From NCBI GenBank assembly GCA_025603075.1, contig MU626362.1, forward strand, positions 1-64,000: DNA of 64,000 nucleotides, given 5' to 3'. This document shows positions 10,837 through 24,239 of this stretch, piece after piece; positions within the stretch are counted from its first letter, which is position 1, and every line of letters starts with the position of its first letter. A program made the position numbers and the translations under genes. The notes beneath the pieces were generated by a model, which had not been told where the DNA came from, did no database searches, and saw only the letters and a list, made by a program, of their open reading frames with translations. Source of the stretch: Neoconidiobolus thromboides FSU 785 (lineage: Eukaryota > Fungi > Entomophthoromycota).

Positions 10837-13441
10837 TACTGTAAAACATATTAGAAAGTTATATAAAATAATTATTTATGATAAATATTTTTATACTTAC
10901 CAAAATTTAGATATTATAAAAATTAAGCAAAGTCTTAAATTTTATTTAAAAAATCTGGTATTTCGCTCTATGAAATAGAGTTCTATTTTATGGGATTAAA
11001 ATAATCCAAAGTTGGCCAATCATAATTCTTAATTGCCTATGTTTAGCCCTAAATCTAAAATTACCAAATTTATTTTTTGAGCCCTAATTCTTTTGTCTAT
11101 CTCATATTACTAGTAATCAATTAAATATAAGAGTAATCAATTATTAAATTAATCGATGTCATAATAATATAATTAAACTTCGGTATTGAATTGTGTATGT
11201 ATTAACTCAAAGTTTAAAATAGTAGCCTTGATATCGATATTACATCACAAAACTATATTATAACTTTGATTGCGAATTGGATTTTTAAAACTATTCCCCA
11301 GAAATTATATAAGTTCAAATCAAATCATTTTTACTTTCAATATAGCTTTCAACTCTTTTGCAAACTTATTAACTGCTCATTTAAGAGTAAAATTTATGCT
11401 AAAATCTTACTAAAATATAGACTTAGCTTTAAAAGAGTCAATTGATAATAATTTAACTGTATAAATTACATTCAACTAGTACATAAAAGGATTGAAGTAG
11501 CTGTAAATATTCCTAATTAAATGGATGACGAAATGACTCAACCTAAAGATATTTAATTAACTCCTGCGGAGTAATCGAAAAATAGGATTAAGTTAATGCC
11601 ATGTTTAGTCCAATGGCGCAATCCATTTTTTTCGATTTGCTCATTAAAGATACTTACAGATGTCATCTTTCTCAATGACATCAATTTGAAGTTAATTTAT
11701 TTCTGAAAAACAATTGAGATAGTCAAACTATAAACTGTAAGTTTTTCATATAAATAATAAGTTGAATATTAACATTGATCCTCAACTATAATAGCTTCAT
11801 TAGATTTTTCAAGAATTAAAGAAATAGTATAATATATTTAAATTTAATAAAGCAATTTTAGAGATCTTAAAATCCAGAGACATAAAGGCTTTGTAATTTA
11901 TTTTGTAAATTTTGAGGTTTTAAAGCTTGAGATAATTTTAATTATAATAAGTCTTGCTATAAGTAATTAATAATTTGGTTACCAACACTTGCAAAAATAT
12001 CGTTGTCTAGCAAAACATCATTGTTAAACATGATACTTTTTTAAACTTGTTTAATTACTTGGATCCAGATTTTTCAAAAAAAGACTATAATCCTAGTAAA
12101 TATAATTTTTTATCTAATTAGAGTTATATTTGATGAATATATTCGCCAATTTCAAGATTATATAAAAAAAGTTATGACGCGCATACTCATCAAATGCACT
12201 CAAATAGTCAATTTGAATTCCCATTAAACGAAAATTTTGTCACATAATTTACTACTTTTAAATTATTTAAACTCTTAAAAGTTCGTTATGTAAACTAACA
12301 CTATTGTTTTTTCGATCAATCAGAGAATCCACTCTTAATTATCAGCTTTAAAATGTAGTATGCTTTAAAATATAAATGTAAGTATTACCTTATGAATGAT
12401 AAAGTGGCGACACATGAATCAATATTAATTTTCCTTACTTGAACCCAAGCCAGTATCCATTTTTATGCCATTATTTTACATAAAACAACCTCTATGACTA
12501 TAAGAATGTCTTCCTACTTTTACTATGTGTGCTTATATTGAACAGAAAGATCAGATCACTCTCAGTGAATCTCATAAAATTTATGTCATAGTTAAATTGT
12601 CGAAAACTATGCTATATAGCCCATCCATGTATCTTTGAGTTTTTATATATCATAGGCTCATATCACTATAACCATTTCAAAAAAATCCAGCAAGGCGCAA
12701 ATTTAAGCCCAAACCTTGTTAGTTCTTATCCCTTTACTCTTTTCTTAAAATACAACATTACACTGTTTTATTGATCTTTATCTAGTTTTCTAGTAATGTC
12801 AATTAGAATAATAAGTCAAATCCTGATTTAATCAGTTAAATCTCAAGTTTCGAAGGCTTCAATATTTCTTTATAGCTCCGTTTATATACTCGAAAATTTT
12901 ATTATGTTTCCTTTTAAATCCTTTCATTATATTTATTATCCATCAAATCTTTACTTGAAGATCATTAAATCCTCATTTCAAAAACCTTTTTAACCCACAT
13001 TACTATTCCTGAAAGATAATCCGACTAAGTATATTATAATCCAAGCCTAACTCTAATTAGTGTATCCAATATAAATAATCTTTTATGAAGTAGTTATATA
13101 AAATTTTAAATTGTTCCATAATTTTGAAACTTTTTATGATAATCCAAATTCATGTCCATTAAACTAATCTTTTTCTTTCCATCCAGTTCATTTTATACTT
13201 CATTATAATGATCCTATATTATCTATTATTAACCTTCAACCAAACTTATTCCATTTATAATTTTTCATATTCCTTCCTTCTTATCATTAACTTCATAAAA
13301 TTGTATAAAATAATTCGTCAAATACCAATTTAAATTTAAAAAATATTATTCATTCAAAATAATAGCAAAGGGTTGCGATAATTGTGATCCTCTTGTTTCC
13401 AAAATATAATGTTCCATTTAATCCGTTATCTTAATCCTATT

Positions 13442-14756
13442 TTATTCCAATGGACGTTGTCCAATTGGTGGACTCCTATCATTTCCTAATGGTGGTCCAA
13501 TTGGCCCTCTTGGGGGCGTACGACGATCGTCGTGTCTTATAGGACTATGTGGCCCATTGTATCTACCTGGAGAACGAGGTCTTTCAAAACGACTAGGGGA
13601 ACGTGGAGGCTCATATCTGCCTGGTGAGCGAGGTCTCTCGAAGCGACCAGGAGAACGCGGAGCCTCGTACCTACCTGGTGAGCGCATCCCTTCAAAACGT
13701 CCAGGTGAACGTGGACCACCGAATCTAGGTGGACTACGGCCATTTTCAAATCTTGGAGGGCTACGTCCATTCGCAAACCTTGGTGACCGTTCTGGGCGAC
13801 GGGGTGAGCCAGAACGTTCACGACGAGGTGAGCGTCCTCTGAAGGGGGACCTCCCTCTTCTTGGTGAGCGCTCATGGCGTGGTGAGCGGTTAAACCGAGA
13901 TGATCCCATAAAAGGGGGGCGTTCATCTCTACGGAAGCCGCCACGTCCAAAATTATGAACAGGTGCCTAAAACCATAAGTTATCAATTCATGTAAGTATT
14001 GCATGTTTTTACTTCAATCATGTGAATACGATTACCGCCGAACTCTGCTCCTTGAAGTTTTTCGAGAACAGTCTTCATATCTCCGTAAGTATGGAACTCT
14101 AAAATACTAAAAACCTTAATTATGTTTCTTTAAAAAGCTATTAAACCCAACCCTTCACCACGACGGTATTTATGAACATCAGCAAAGGAACACTCTGCTA
14201 CAGGTCTCACAAAATCTTTGATATCCTAACAATTTTTAAACATCTTTTTTTTGTATTTGTCAGCTATCTTACTTGCCAACTTGAGCTGAAAGGAAGATTT
14301 TCGAGTATGATTCTGTTTGGAGTGCGAACAGGAGGTCCACGTCCACTAAACATTGATAAGAAAATTTCATTATAAAGCAAGTGAAACTTACTCGCGTCTT
14401 CTTTCATTGATGGGAAATCTCTCCCTTTCGCGCTCTCTACGAGTTCTAGCATGCTCAACGATCATTCTAAGCTACATTAGCGTTTATTTGTTATATTGCT
14501 GAGTATGAATCACCTTTCCCCAAAAAAATCAGAGCCATTGAGCTCGCGAATACAATCATCAGCATCTTTAAAATGGTTGAATTCCTAAATTAAAAATACT
14601 AAGGATTTAAATATTAAATAGAGTCAAATCTAATACCACGAAGCCGAAGCCGTCACGAACGTATATATCGCGAACAGGTCCATAAGGACGAAGAAGCTTT
14701 TCAATATCCTTCTCTTTAACGTCACGAGCCAAATGGCCAAAGAATAAACGAGACAT
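13442..14756 (-). CDS. Second SR splicing factor paralog: two RRMs plus RSP-repeat tail, multi-exon
   Basis: [26 protein letters not shown]...FGFV|EFNHFKDADDCIRELNG...R|MIVEHAR...RIILENLPFSSSWQ|DIKDFVRPVAECSFADVHKYRRGEG|ILEFHTYGDMKTVLEKLQG...; last exon includes ORF 13442-13909. Confidence 0.92.
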
Positions 14757-15281
14757 TTCAGATAATTGAATCGTTAGTAAAAGTCTTAAAAGTAGTTTAA
14801 TGCAGATTTCTTACCTTCGCTTTTATCAAATTAAATCTTCCAATCAACTTAAGGTTAGGAGTAAATTTGATTCGTTTTTTATAATTTGTACCAACCATTA
14901 GTGTTGTTGAAATTTATTAATAAATTTAGAGTCTAAAATGTTTTACATTACTCTATAAATTAAACGTAGACTGAGCATTCTCGCTTTTGTGTCCAATAAC
15001 TTTAATAGGTGAATTCTTTATTTCTAGATTCAACAAGGACAAAATTGAAAATGTCTAATCCATATTTAAACTACAATAATAGCGAAAATTTCATTGAAAA
15101 ACAAATGAATAATGCTATTTTAAAAATAAAATAAAATAAAATAAAATAATACTTGGGTTTAGGCACAAGGCTTTCTCATATCTTATGTCCAAATTTTTGT
15201 AGCTTTTAGATGTTGGGGGTAGCTGATTGCAACGGTAAATATTACCTTTTGCAAAGTGACTAATGATATTTAACAAAATAT

Positions 15282-15375
15282 GAGGATGTTTTTTTGGTTT
15301 CATCACTTTTTCTATCTTTTAAGCGCTACTTGAGTCGAAAGATCGTTAGTAAAGTTAAACAAAAAATATATCCCT
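15282..15375 (+). mobile_element. MITE copy
   Basis: gaggatgt...atatccct; TSD ATAT/ATAT. Confidence 0.88.
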
Positions 15376-15502
15376 ATATATGTTCCAATCAAAAAATATC
15401 AATTGAGCTAAAGATAGTTGTATAGCTGCTAAAGTTCCGATGTATGCTATTCGATTTTTTATCTAAAAATAAAATCTTAGGCCTCAAGTCAATAATTCAT
15501 AT

Positions 15503-15600
15503 GAAGATATATTTTTGTATTTGAGAATTTTACTAACAATTTTTCCACTCAAATAGCGCTTAAAAGATAGAAAAAAATAATGAACCCAAAAAACATCCCC
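15503..15600 (-). mobile_element. MITE copy
   Basis: gaagatat...acatcccc; TSD ATAT/ATAT. Confidence 0.88.
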
Positions 15601-16621
15601 ATATGATGACTTAATCATTTATTAATAAAAATCATTGTTAAATAGTCGTCTCTTTATTTATAAACTACTTTCATTCTAAAGCATAAAAAGTTGCTTAAAA
15701 AATTTAAAGCTATAGTTTTTATCATAATAAATAACGCCACTTTTTTTCTGCATAAATTGGATAAAACATGAGAAAACCTTATAGATTAAAAAGTTTGATG
15801 AGAGGCAACACTAATCCAGCATGGTTTCTAGTGTTTTACTAAAACTTTAATAAAAAAAAGTAATAAAATAATATTAAAAAAATTAAAAATTAAATGATCA
15901 ATAAAGAACATTTGTTAGTATAAATAAAACTAAAAAGCAAAACTGTTTTGCACATATGTTAACTTATTATATAATTTATTTTTAAAAATTTAATGATAGC
16001 TAAAGTTTGATAAAAAATGTCTTTAATTTTTTATTTTCAGCTAATTTAAAACAAAAATACTTAAAAATTACATTAAATATATATTTTATTATAATGAAAA
16101 TTTTATAGAATATTAATCTTAAGTTAAAATAAAAGAATAAATTTTTAAAAAAATATACTTTTAATTTTGTATTTATTATTAAGCTATCAAACAAAATTGA
16201 GTTTGATTTAACTTTAACTAGATAAAAATAGTAAGGTTTTATAAACTAAGTTTTTTAGATTATTATTATTTAATGTTTAATTAATATAAAAGCTTCAATA
16301 ATTTATTATATGATGAATTATTACATGCATAAATAGCTTTATTTTTCAATTTTATTTATATTACTAAACATTTTTTTTCACTATTTAGTTTTGAAGTATT
16401 TAATATAATTTTTACTTTTTATAGCTCAACTTTCTATAATTACTCACAAGCTCAAAAATATGGTCAATCATTTTAAAAATAATTTATAGATACAGCACTG
16501 TTACTTTTTTATTTAAGTATTAAATTACAAAGGTTTTTCTACAACAAACGGCATCTTCAGTAAATAAGTGATAGTAAGACATCATACAAAAAACAAAATT
16601 AATTTAGCCATTAAACAATAT

Positions 16622-16713
16622 ACAAGAATATATTTTTTTGCTTAATAATTTTACTAATAATTTTTCTATTTAGTATTTAAAAAACAAAAAAGTGAAGTCA
16701 AAAAAACACACCT
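16622..16713 (-). mobile_element. MITE copy, strongly degenerate
   Basis: Internal aattttactaataatttttc...gtgaagtcaaaaaaacacacct; flanks ATAT/ATAT. Confidence 0.6.
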
Positions 16714-17367
16714 ATATAATAGCAGAATTTTTGGCTTAAAATAATAAAGTATGCCTTCCTTACTAAATAAATTTTTATGTATGAATTTAGACGTCCATTC
16801 ATTTAATTCCAGTACAGTATAAAAGATCATCATTAACTTATATTAAATTTCTTAGCCTTTAATCATATTTGGACTTTTTTCAAGGATATGATTAAAACGC
16901 AATCTTTTGTCCGACAGTGTTATAGTAAAGCTAGTTTTAGACACTATCTGTTTTGGATATTTTACTTGTAGTAAGGAAATAAATAAACTATCTTATAGTT
17001 TCTTTTAGCCAAGTTATTTCTGCACAGGTTTTTAAGGCTAGTCTAATTTGAGCTTTATGGCAAAAATTAGAATTAGGTGGCAAATCAAAATTGGGCCAAA
17101 TTTAATTTATTTGCCGTTTTAAAAAAAGTTATACTCAGTAAATTTGGAATTTTTATAATTAGAAATATAAAATGAAATTATTACATATTCAATGCTGATT
17201 TTCAAGTCAGTAAAAGTAAAGGTTGAAATAATCCCAAAGAGTATATAACCCAAAGATGTATAGTTGAATTTGAGTTAAAAATTGAATATTTATTGTGATT
17301 CCTATAAATTTTTGATCGTTTGTAAATTTTAATTTTTGTTCGAAGAAACAGTATATTAGTATCTTAA

Positions 17368-20300
17368 ATGAAAGTTGGGTCAGGAGAAAAAGTAAAGCAG
17401 GTGGAAATAAGTGAGCATTTATTATCTTTTGAAGATGTCTGCTCCAAGTATGGAACTGGCGTTAATCCTAACAAGCCTTAGGAAAGTCAAGGCTTAACTC
17501 CGGAAAAAGTTCAAGAAGCCAAAGAAGCTTATGGTCTTAATACGCTAACTCTAGCTAAAGGCAAACGCCCAATAGTTCGTTTTTTAGAATGTTTAGGCAA
17601 TCTCTTTAATATACTATTGATATTAGCCGGAATTTTGACCTTTATTATTTTTGGTATTGATCCTGTAGGCAACTTCTCTTCATCTTATATCGGCGCCATT
17701 CTTATTAGGATATCAATACTCAATACTTTTATTGAATTTATTCAACTTCAAAAATCTGCAAATGCATTATAATCCTTTCTTAATATGATCCCTCAGCAAT
17801 GTCGTACAGTACGTGACGGGTCATTAACTCAGATTCTTGACTCAGAGTTGGTTCCAGGTGATGTAGTATTCGTTCGTATGGGTGATAAAATTCCAGCTGA
17901 TCTTTATCTATTTCAAGCATCCAATATGAAAGTTGATAACTCTTCGCTTACTGGAGAATGTGAGCCCCAATCACGTACTATTGAAAACAAAATGAAAAAT
18001 CCACTTGAAGCAACTAATTTGGGGTTTAATGGGACTTTGGTGGTTTCAGGAGAAGGCTATGGTATCATTATCAAAACCGGAGATTCTACTGTATTGGGAC
18101 AGATTGCTGGTTTAACTGCAAATGAAAATAAAAATGAATCTCTGCTCTCAGTAGAAGTTGACATTTTTGTCAAAATTGTTGCTACAATAGCTTGTATTAC
18201 TGGCATTATCTTCTTTTTCTTAGGCTTTGGTACTGGTATGAAAATCAAAGATTACCTTACTTTTGCTGTTGGAGTTTTTGTTGGATGGGTTCCAGAAGGT
18301 CTCCTAGCTACCTTGAAAATGTTATTAACATTTACTGCTGAGCGTATGGCCAAAAGAAACGTACTAGTAAAGGACCTCCAAAGCGTAGAAACTTTGGGTG
18401 CTATCACCCTCCTTGCAACTGATAAAACAGGGACTCTTACACGCAACAAAATGACAGTAGCTGGCCTTTGGACTTCTGGAAAACTTTACTCTACATCACA
18501 AAACGCTGGGAGTTTAGGAATCCCTATTCAACTTGACTCACCTGGTATTAAAGAAATCATATTAAACACTTCATTAAATTCTAGAGCTATATTTGATTGT
18601 ACTGATGCTCCAATTAGTAAAAGAGAAATCATTGGTGACGCTACTGAATCCGGTCTTATTCGCTTTGCTGCACAAAATCACTCTGATTTTGATGGTCTCC
18701 AAACTAAATACTCATGTGTATTTGATGTCCTATTCAATTTGGATAACAAATGGGCAATGAATATTAGCCAGTTTCCCCATAGCAATGGTGACCTCATTCT
18801 TTACTTAAAAGGTGCACCAGGAAGAATACTACATCTTTGTTCAACTATATTAATTGACAGGCAGCCTATATCACTTACTAAAGAACATCAAACACAATTT
18901 CAAGAAATTTATGAGCTTATGGCTAGTAGGGGGTATCGTGTATTTGCCTTTGCCCAACTATTGTTATCAAGAGATCAATTTCCTAAAGATTTTATATTCA
19001 ATAAGAAGCTTAATAACTATCCAACAACTGAATTAACCTTCGTTGGTCTCACTTCATTAGAGGATCCCCCAAAGCATGGTGTACGCAAAGCTATTGTTAT
19101 GTGCAGAGCAGCAGGCATCCGTGTAATGATGGCAACTGGTGATCGTCCACTTACTGCTGAATCTATAGGGCGTAAAGTTAATCTGATAATTTCAGATACT
19201 AAACAAATGGTCGCCAAGAAAACTGGACGCCCAATTGAATCTATTGGGGAAGATGAATATGATGCTGTTGTTGTTCATGGTGAACAAATTGATAGATTAA
19301 ATAGCCAAGATTGGGATAATATTTTTGCCAAAAATGAAATCATATTTGCTCGTACGTCTCCACGCCATAAACTTGAAATCGTTAAACGTGCTCAATCTAT
19401 GGGTCATATTGTAGGAGTTACTGGTGATGGTGTTAATGATTCACCAGCTTTAAAGAAAGCAGATCTTGGTATTGCAATAAATAAATCCGGCTCAGATGTA
19501 TCTAAAGAAGCTGCAGCAATGATTTTACTTGATGATAATTTTGGATCTACAATACATGGGATAGAGGAAGGTCGTCTTATTTTTTCCAACCTTAAAAAAA
19601 GCATCCATTATACAATTTCACATACCCTATCAGAAATGATCCCACAACTAATTTATGTTGTTGTACCTACACCACTTCTCATTGGTCCTTTACAGATCCT
19701 CTCAATTGATCTTGGCTTTGAGATTTGTGTTGCATTAACTTTTGCATGGGAGAAGCCTGAGACAAAAACAGGCCTAATAAAGCTCCAGCACCGCAAACCA
19801 GTAGCCAACAAATCAATATAAAGGTTTCCCCGTATAAAGTAAAACCAACTTCAATCTGCTATTGATCCAGGAACTGGGGAAGAAAAACAGCCTTCCACAT
19901 TTAAAAAAGTAGTCTATTCCTTTTTAAGAATGTTTACTAAAGCTTTTTGGGTTGAATTCTTTGAAAAAACAGAAGATGAATTAGGTATTGACTCGAATTT
20001 ATTGTCGTGGTCTTATCTTGAAGCCAGGTCAATTGAAACTTTTGGGGCTGCTATTAATTCTTTCTTTGTATTGGGTTGTTATGGTATCTCATTTTATGAC
20101 TCCATCAGCTTATAAAGAGCTCAGGCATTTTTAACGATGCCGGATATGGATACCATATTTACTGTTAGCTCTGGTGTTACTTATACACGATCTGAACTTT
20201 TACAATATTTATCACAGTTTCAAATTTGCTATACAATATCTGTCATGGTAATACAAGCATTCAATTTATTTTGCTGCAAGTCTAGTCTAACTTATCCTTT

Positions 20301-20693
20301 TGGAAAACACGTATTTAGTAATTGCCATAATTTTATTGGTCTAGTACTTGGATTTGTTCTTATTTTATTTATTATATGGGAGTGTTTTTTTTGGCTTCAT
20401 TACTTTTTCCATCTTAAACGCTATTTGAATGGAAAAATTATTAGTAAAATTCTTAAATACAAAAATACATCACCATATACTGTCCGGGGATAAACCATGT
20501 CTTTGGATTTTCATACAAGTTTCCCTTGCAATTCATAGTTGGATCTTTGATTACCGGGGTTGTATTGTTACTTTATTCTATAACAAGATTCTTTTTGTTT
20601 AAACGCTTTAGCACAATAAAATACAATCCAGATATTGAAGGCTTAGTGATGCACCCAACTGTACATACCATGTATTCAAGTGCAGAACCCTGA
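17368..20693 (+). pseudogene. P-type cation ATPase (P2C Na+/K+-ATPase-like) pseudogene with a MITE insertion
   Basis: One intronless frame from ATG 17368 with DKTGTLT, KGAP and GDGVNDSPALKKAD; in-frame stops at 17479, 17770, 19819, 19840 and 20113; MITE at 20378-20474 shifts the frame; C-terminus YCPGINHVFG...YNPDIEGLVMHPTVHT ends at TGA 20691-20693. Confidence 0.88.
20378..20474 (+). mobile_element. MITE copy inside the ATPase coding sequence
   Basis: gggagtgt...acatcacc; TSD ATAT/ATAT; removing the element plus one ATAT restores the frame F-I-I-Y-C-P-G. Confidence 0.95.
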
Positions 20694-21442
20694 TGCCTTA
20701 TTTAATTTGCCTTTTTTAATATTATAAAAAATACAGTCTCTACTTGCGTATATGCTCTTAATAAAACTTTGTATATTTGCTAATATGTCAAAATATGTCA
20801 AAATAGCCTTTTTATAATTTACCCTGCTTTATTTTCACTTTAACGATTACAGGCTAGTTTTTAAAAGTAATAAATTTTAAAAGTTTTTTAGATAGTTATA
20901 TTTATTTTAATTGTCATAGTCCTATAACATAATAGTCATTTGGGAAGAATCTAAAAGAGTATCAAAGGCCAGATGTTAAATATTAGTATATCTATATACT
21001 AATGCCTATAATTTTAAATTATAAATAAATTTTATTTTTTTATACTTTTGATGGTCTAAATAAAATGTTTCGATCTGCTCTATGTTTATACTTATGTTTT
21101 CTTCTAACTATTAGTACTCTCTATAAGAATCCTTAAATTACAAATGCTATATTTTAAAATACTTTTGTTAAAAATCACACTTAAAGGTAGCAACTTCAAT
21201 TAGTTCAAGATTGTAATTTTCAAAATATCTATAACATATAATAGATTTATTTGAAATGAATAATAAGGTAAAGATAAAAACAATGTCATATAATCCCTAC
21301 TTATATAAATGTGGAATTTGAATAAGATACTCATAAATTGACGTTATTAAATACTCAACTATATAATAAACTAACATAAAATTGTAATTATAATCAAAAC
21401 AAAAATAATGTATTTATAACTAAAAATGGCCATTAAAAAGGA

Positions 21443-23303
21443 TTAATTATCCTTGTCAGTGTTAGAAATTCCTGGGCCAGTATTGGCTAAAGAACCAGCA
21501 AGAGACATAACTCCACCATCGCCATCAAAAGTGAACCCTTCAAATTGTTTTTGTAAAGTAGCTGAGAGTGCTGAATCTTCGACAACTGAATCAAGTGCAG
21601 GTTCAGAAGTAAATTCGTCATCAAAATTAGAAGTATCCGAGGAAGATGCCACTGAAGGTTTAAATGGTGGCTGGTAACGTTTAGCCAACAACTTGCCCCA
21701 ATCAATCTCAGCAAAGAAGGGATGAGCTTTAATCTCTTGTGCACCTCGGTTACCCAGTCTCTGATTAGGATCTCTATTAAGCAAACCACGTAACAATGAC
21801 CTTGCTCTTACTGATACATCGTCTGGAAATGTTAATTCTTCTTCTAAAATACGACGGTACATTTCATTAGTGTTTTCATCATAAAATGGAGGCAATCCAG
21901 TTAACATTTCATATAATAATACTCCTAACGTCCACCAATCAACAGTCTTTGTATACCCCTGACCATATAGTAGCTCAGGTGCTAAATATTCTGGAGTACC
22001 ACAAAATGTATTAGTGGTGGTATTATCTACCATATTTAATTTACATAATCCAAAATCACATAAAGCAATATGTCCAGTACAATCTAATAATATATTCTCT
22101 GGTTTTAAATCTCTATAAATAATATTGTAGCCATGTAAGCACTCTAATGCAGCCAACAACTCGGCAATATAAAACCTAGCACGATTTTCATCAAATTTTC
22201 CTTCTTGTTGAAGATGATAAAATAATTCTCCTCCATTAATGAACGCTAATACTAAATACAACTTTTCTTTGGTTTGGAATGAGAATTTTAAAGGTACAAT
22301 AAATGGATGGTTGATTTTTGCTAATACCATTCTCTCTGCTAAAGTATGAGTTACTTCCGAGCGAGATATTATTTTGCTTTTATTTAGTATTTTCATTGCA
22401 TAAATCCTATTAGTATCCCTTTTTCTAACTTGCATCACCTAATTTGGTATTAATTTGTAATTTTTTTTGAGTATAAAACTACCTTTCCAAAACTTCCTTT
22501 TCCAATCACTTTAAGTAAATCAAATTGGTCGATAGAAAGATCAGCAGACTATATATTTAATAAGAAAAATAAAGCCAATGTTAAAATTTTAAATTACTTC
22601 TTGCTTTTTGTAACAAGTTTGGATACGGATGCTTCCCTTATGTTGATTTAATGTATACCATTCATCAATCATTTTCTATTTGAAAATAATTAAACACTTA
22701 TGTTAAATAAAAATAGTAATTACTTGGTTTGAAAAATCAGGAGAAACACTGACAGATCCAATAAACTCAGAGCCATCGCCACTATCACTTTTACCATCGC
22801 CAGATGTGTTGTCTTTGGATTCAACATTACGAACATAAATTGATATGTTCAATTCACTTTCTCTAGAAACATCACTAAAATAGATTTGTATTTCTAGAAC
22901 CATGACTTCATATATATAATAAAACTTACAAATGAGCTCTATATTTCCAGACCGGTGAATCTAAATCTCCGCCTAAAGCATCAACTATCAGCTGATTTTT
23001 ATCAAATTCAATTACAACATATGGTAAATGGCGATAAAATGAAGATCCTTTGCCCCCAGATTTACTACTTAAACCTAGGTCTTTAGCTTCTACGATACGG
23101 ATCAACAAAAGATCTGCTTTAGGGGAATTAGGCAATGGTGAAGCACTAGTTGGCGGAGAATGCACTGGTTCTGTTTTATCTTGGTCATTTAAAGTAGATT
23201 TAGATTCTAAGAGAACAAAGTGAGAAATCGTTTTGAAGGTTCTAGTTAATTGCTGATATATAAAGATTTACTTACTTTTAGATAACAACTTGTTAAAGCT
23301 CAT
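21443..23303 (-). CDS. YPK1: AGC kinase, Ypk1/Gad8 (SGK-like), C2-like N-terminal region, multi-exon
   Basis: MSFNKLLSK|...LIRIVEAKDL...PYVVIEFDKNQ...PVWKYRAH|FDVSRES...DLLKVIGKGSFGK|VMQVRKRDTNRIYAMK...TFCGTPEYLAPE...FEGFTF hydrophobic motif. Confidence 0.93.
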
Positions 23304-24008
23304 TGTAATTAGAACTTCGTTTGTAAAATTAAAAGCCACTTTTTCTCCACTTGATTATTTTCTAATATTATCCATCTCTAACCAATCATCTTATGCTATA
23401 GCTCATCAAATTTTTATTGCGAAATTTACTATTGGGTTAGCTTAAACTCAAGGTTTTTTTCTCCGGTTTTAATCTTTTGCAAAATCCCAAATTAACAACA
23501 AGCGCCAAGATAACTGATAGCTATAGTTTGTTAACTTTTTAGAATAGACTATATGATAATGCATCTATTTGTTACAATTCTTAAAGGGTAATTCTTTTAA
23601 TTTCTAATTTATATAAGAGTGCAAAATAATAAAGCAATTTATAATTCTCATATGGATTTTCCAACTTAAGTCTAAACTAAATGGAAAATTAAAATTTTAC
23701 ACTTTTTAAACTTACAAATTTATATGGATAAGTCTAAAAGCTTAGTAAAATAAAAGAATTTTTCGATTCGCTTTTTTTAATCATTTATTATGTAGCGTAA
23801 AATTTTGAAAAAAAGCTCCCAAAGCCAAAAAAACGTTTTAATATGAGCTAATCTAAATTAAGCAAAAAAACAAATATTTCTATAACACAATGTTTAAGTT
23901 GATTTTTGCTAAAAAAAACAAATTAGACAAAATTTGAACTCAACTTTTAAACTAATGCATATAATAATTTATTTTAAAATAAAGATTATATATCGGGATC
24001 TGAAGCAT

Positions 24009-24079
24009 GCAATGATGGTTTAGTGGTAAAATTGCCGCCTGCCACGCGGCAGCCCCGGGTTCGATTCCCGGTCATTGCA
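24009..24079 (+). tRNA. tRNA-Gly (GCC)
   Basis: Acceptor stem GCAATGA/TCATTGC, anticodon arm GCCGC-CTGCCAC-GCGGC, T-loop GGTTCGATTCC, followed by a TTTT Pol III terminator. Confidence 0.95.
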
Positions 24080-24239
24080 TTTTGGTACTTACGCCTTTAC
24101 TTTATATAAATAATCCCAATAAAGCAGTAGCTTTGATTGATAATCAAAAGGCTAATATCAATAATTTATTAAATCCATATCTAGTGTATAAAATACAAGT
24201 AAAGAGTAAAAAAGATGGCTTTTACTAAAATTTGAACCA

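Noticed and set aside
11100-12250. Decayed F-box/LRR gene on the minus strand
   Set aside because: Only a vague Leu-rich fragment; no supportable alignment
9276-14004. Alternative-frame and antisense ORFs over the SR genes (9276+, 9342-, 10292-, 10299+, 13537-, 13557+)
   Set aside because: Shadows of repetitive RS/RSP codons in the real CDS
18057-19604. Antisense ORFs over the ATPase (and similar ones over the kinases, tyrosinase and RasGEF)
   Set aside because: Shadow frames of real coding sequence with no independent features
17368-20693. TAA/TAG reassignment, readthrough or A-to-I editing rescuing the ATPase (all five internal stops are TAA/TAG and the true end is TGA)
   Set aside because: Most intact genes in the window end in TAA; the stops do not appear to fall at Trp positions; conserved motifs have drifted; and a frameshifting MITE is present
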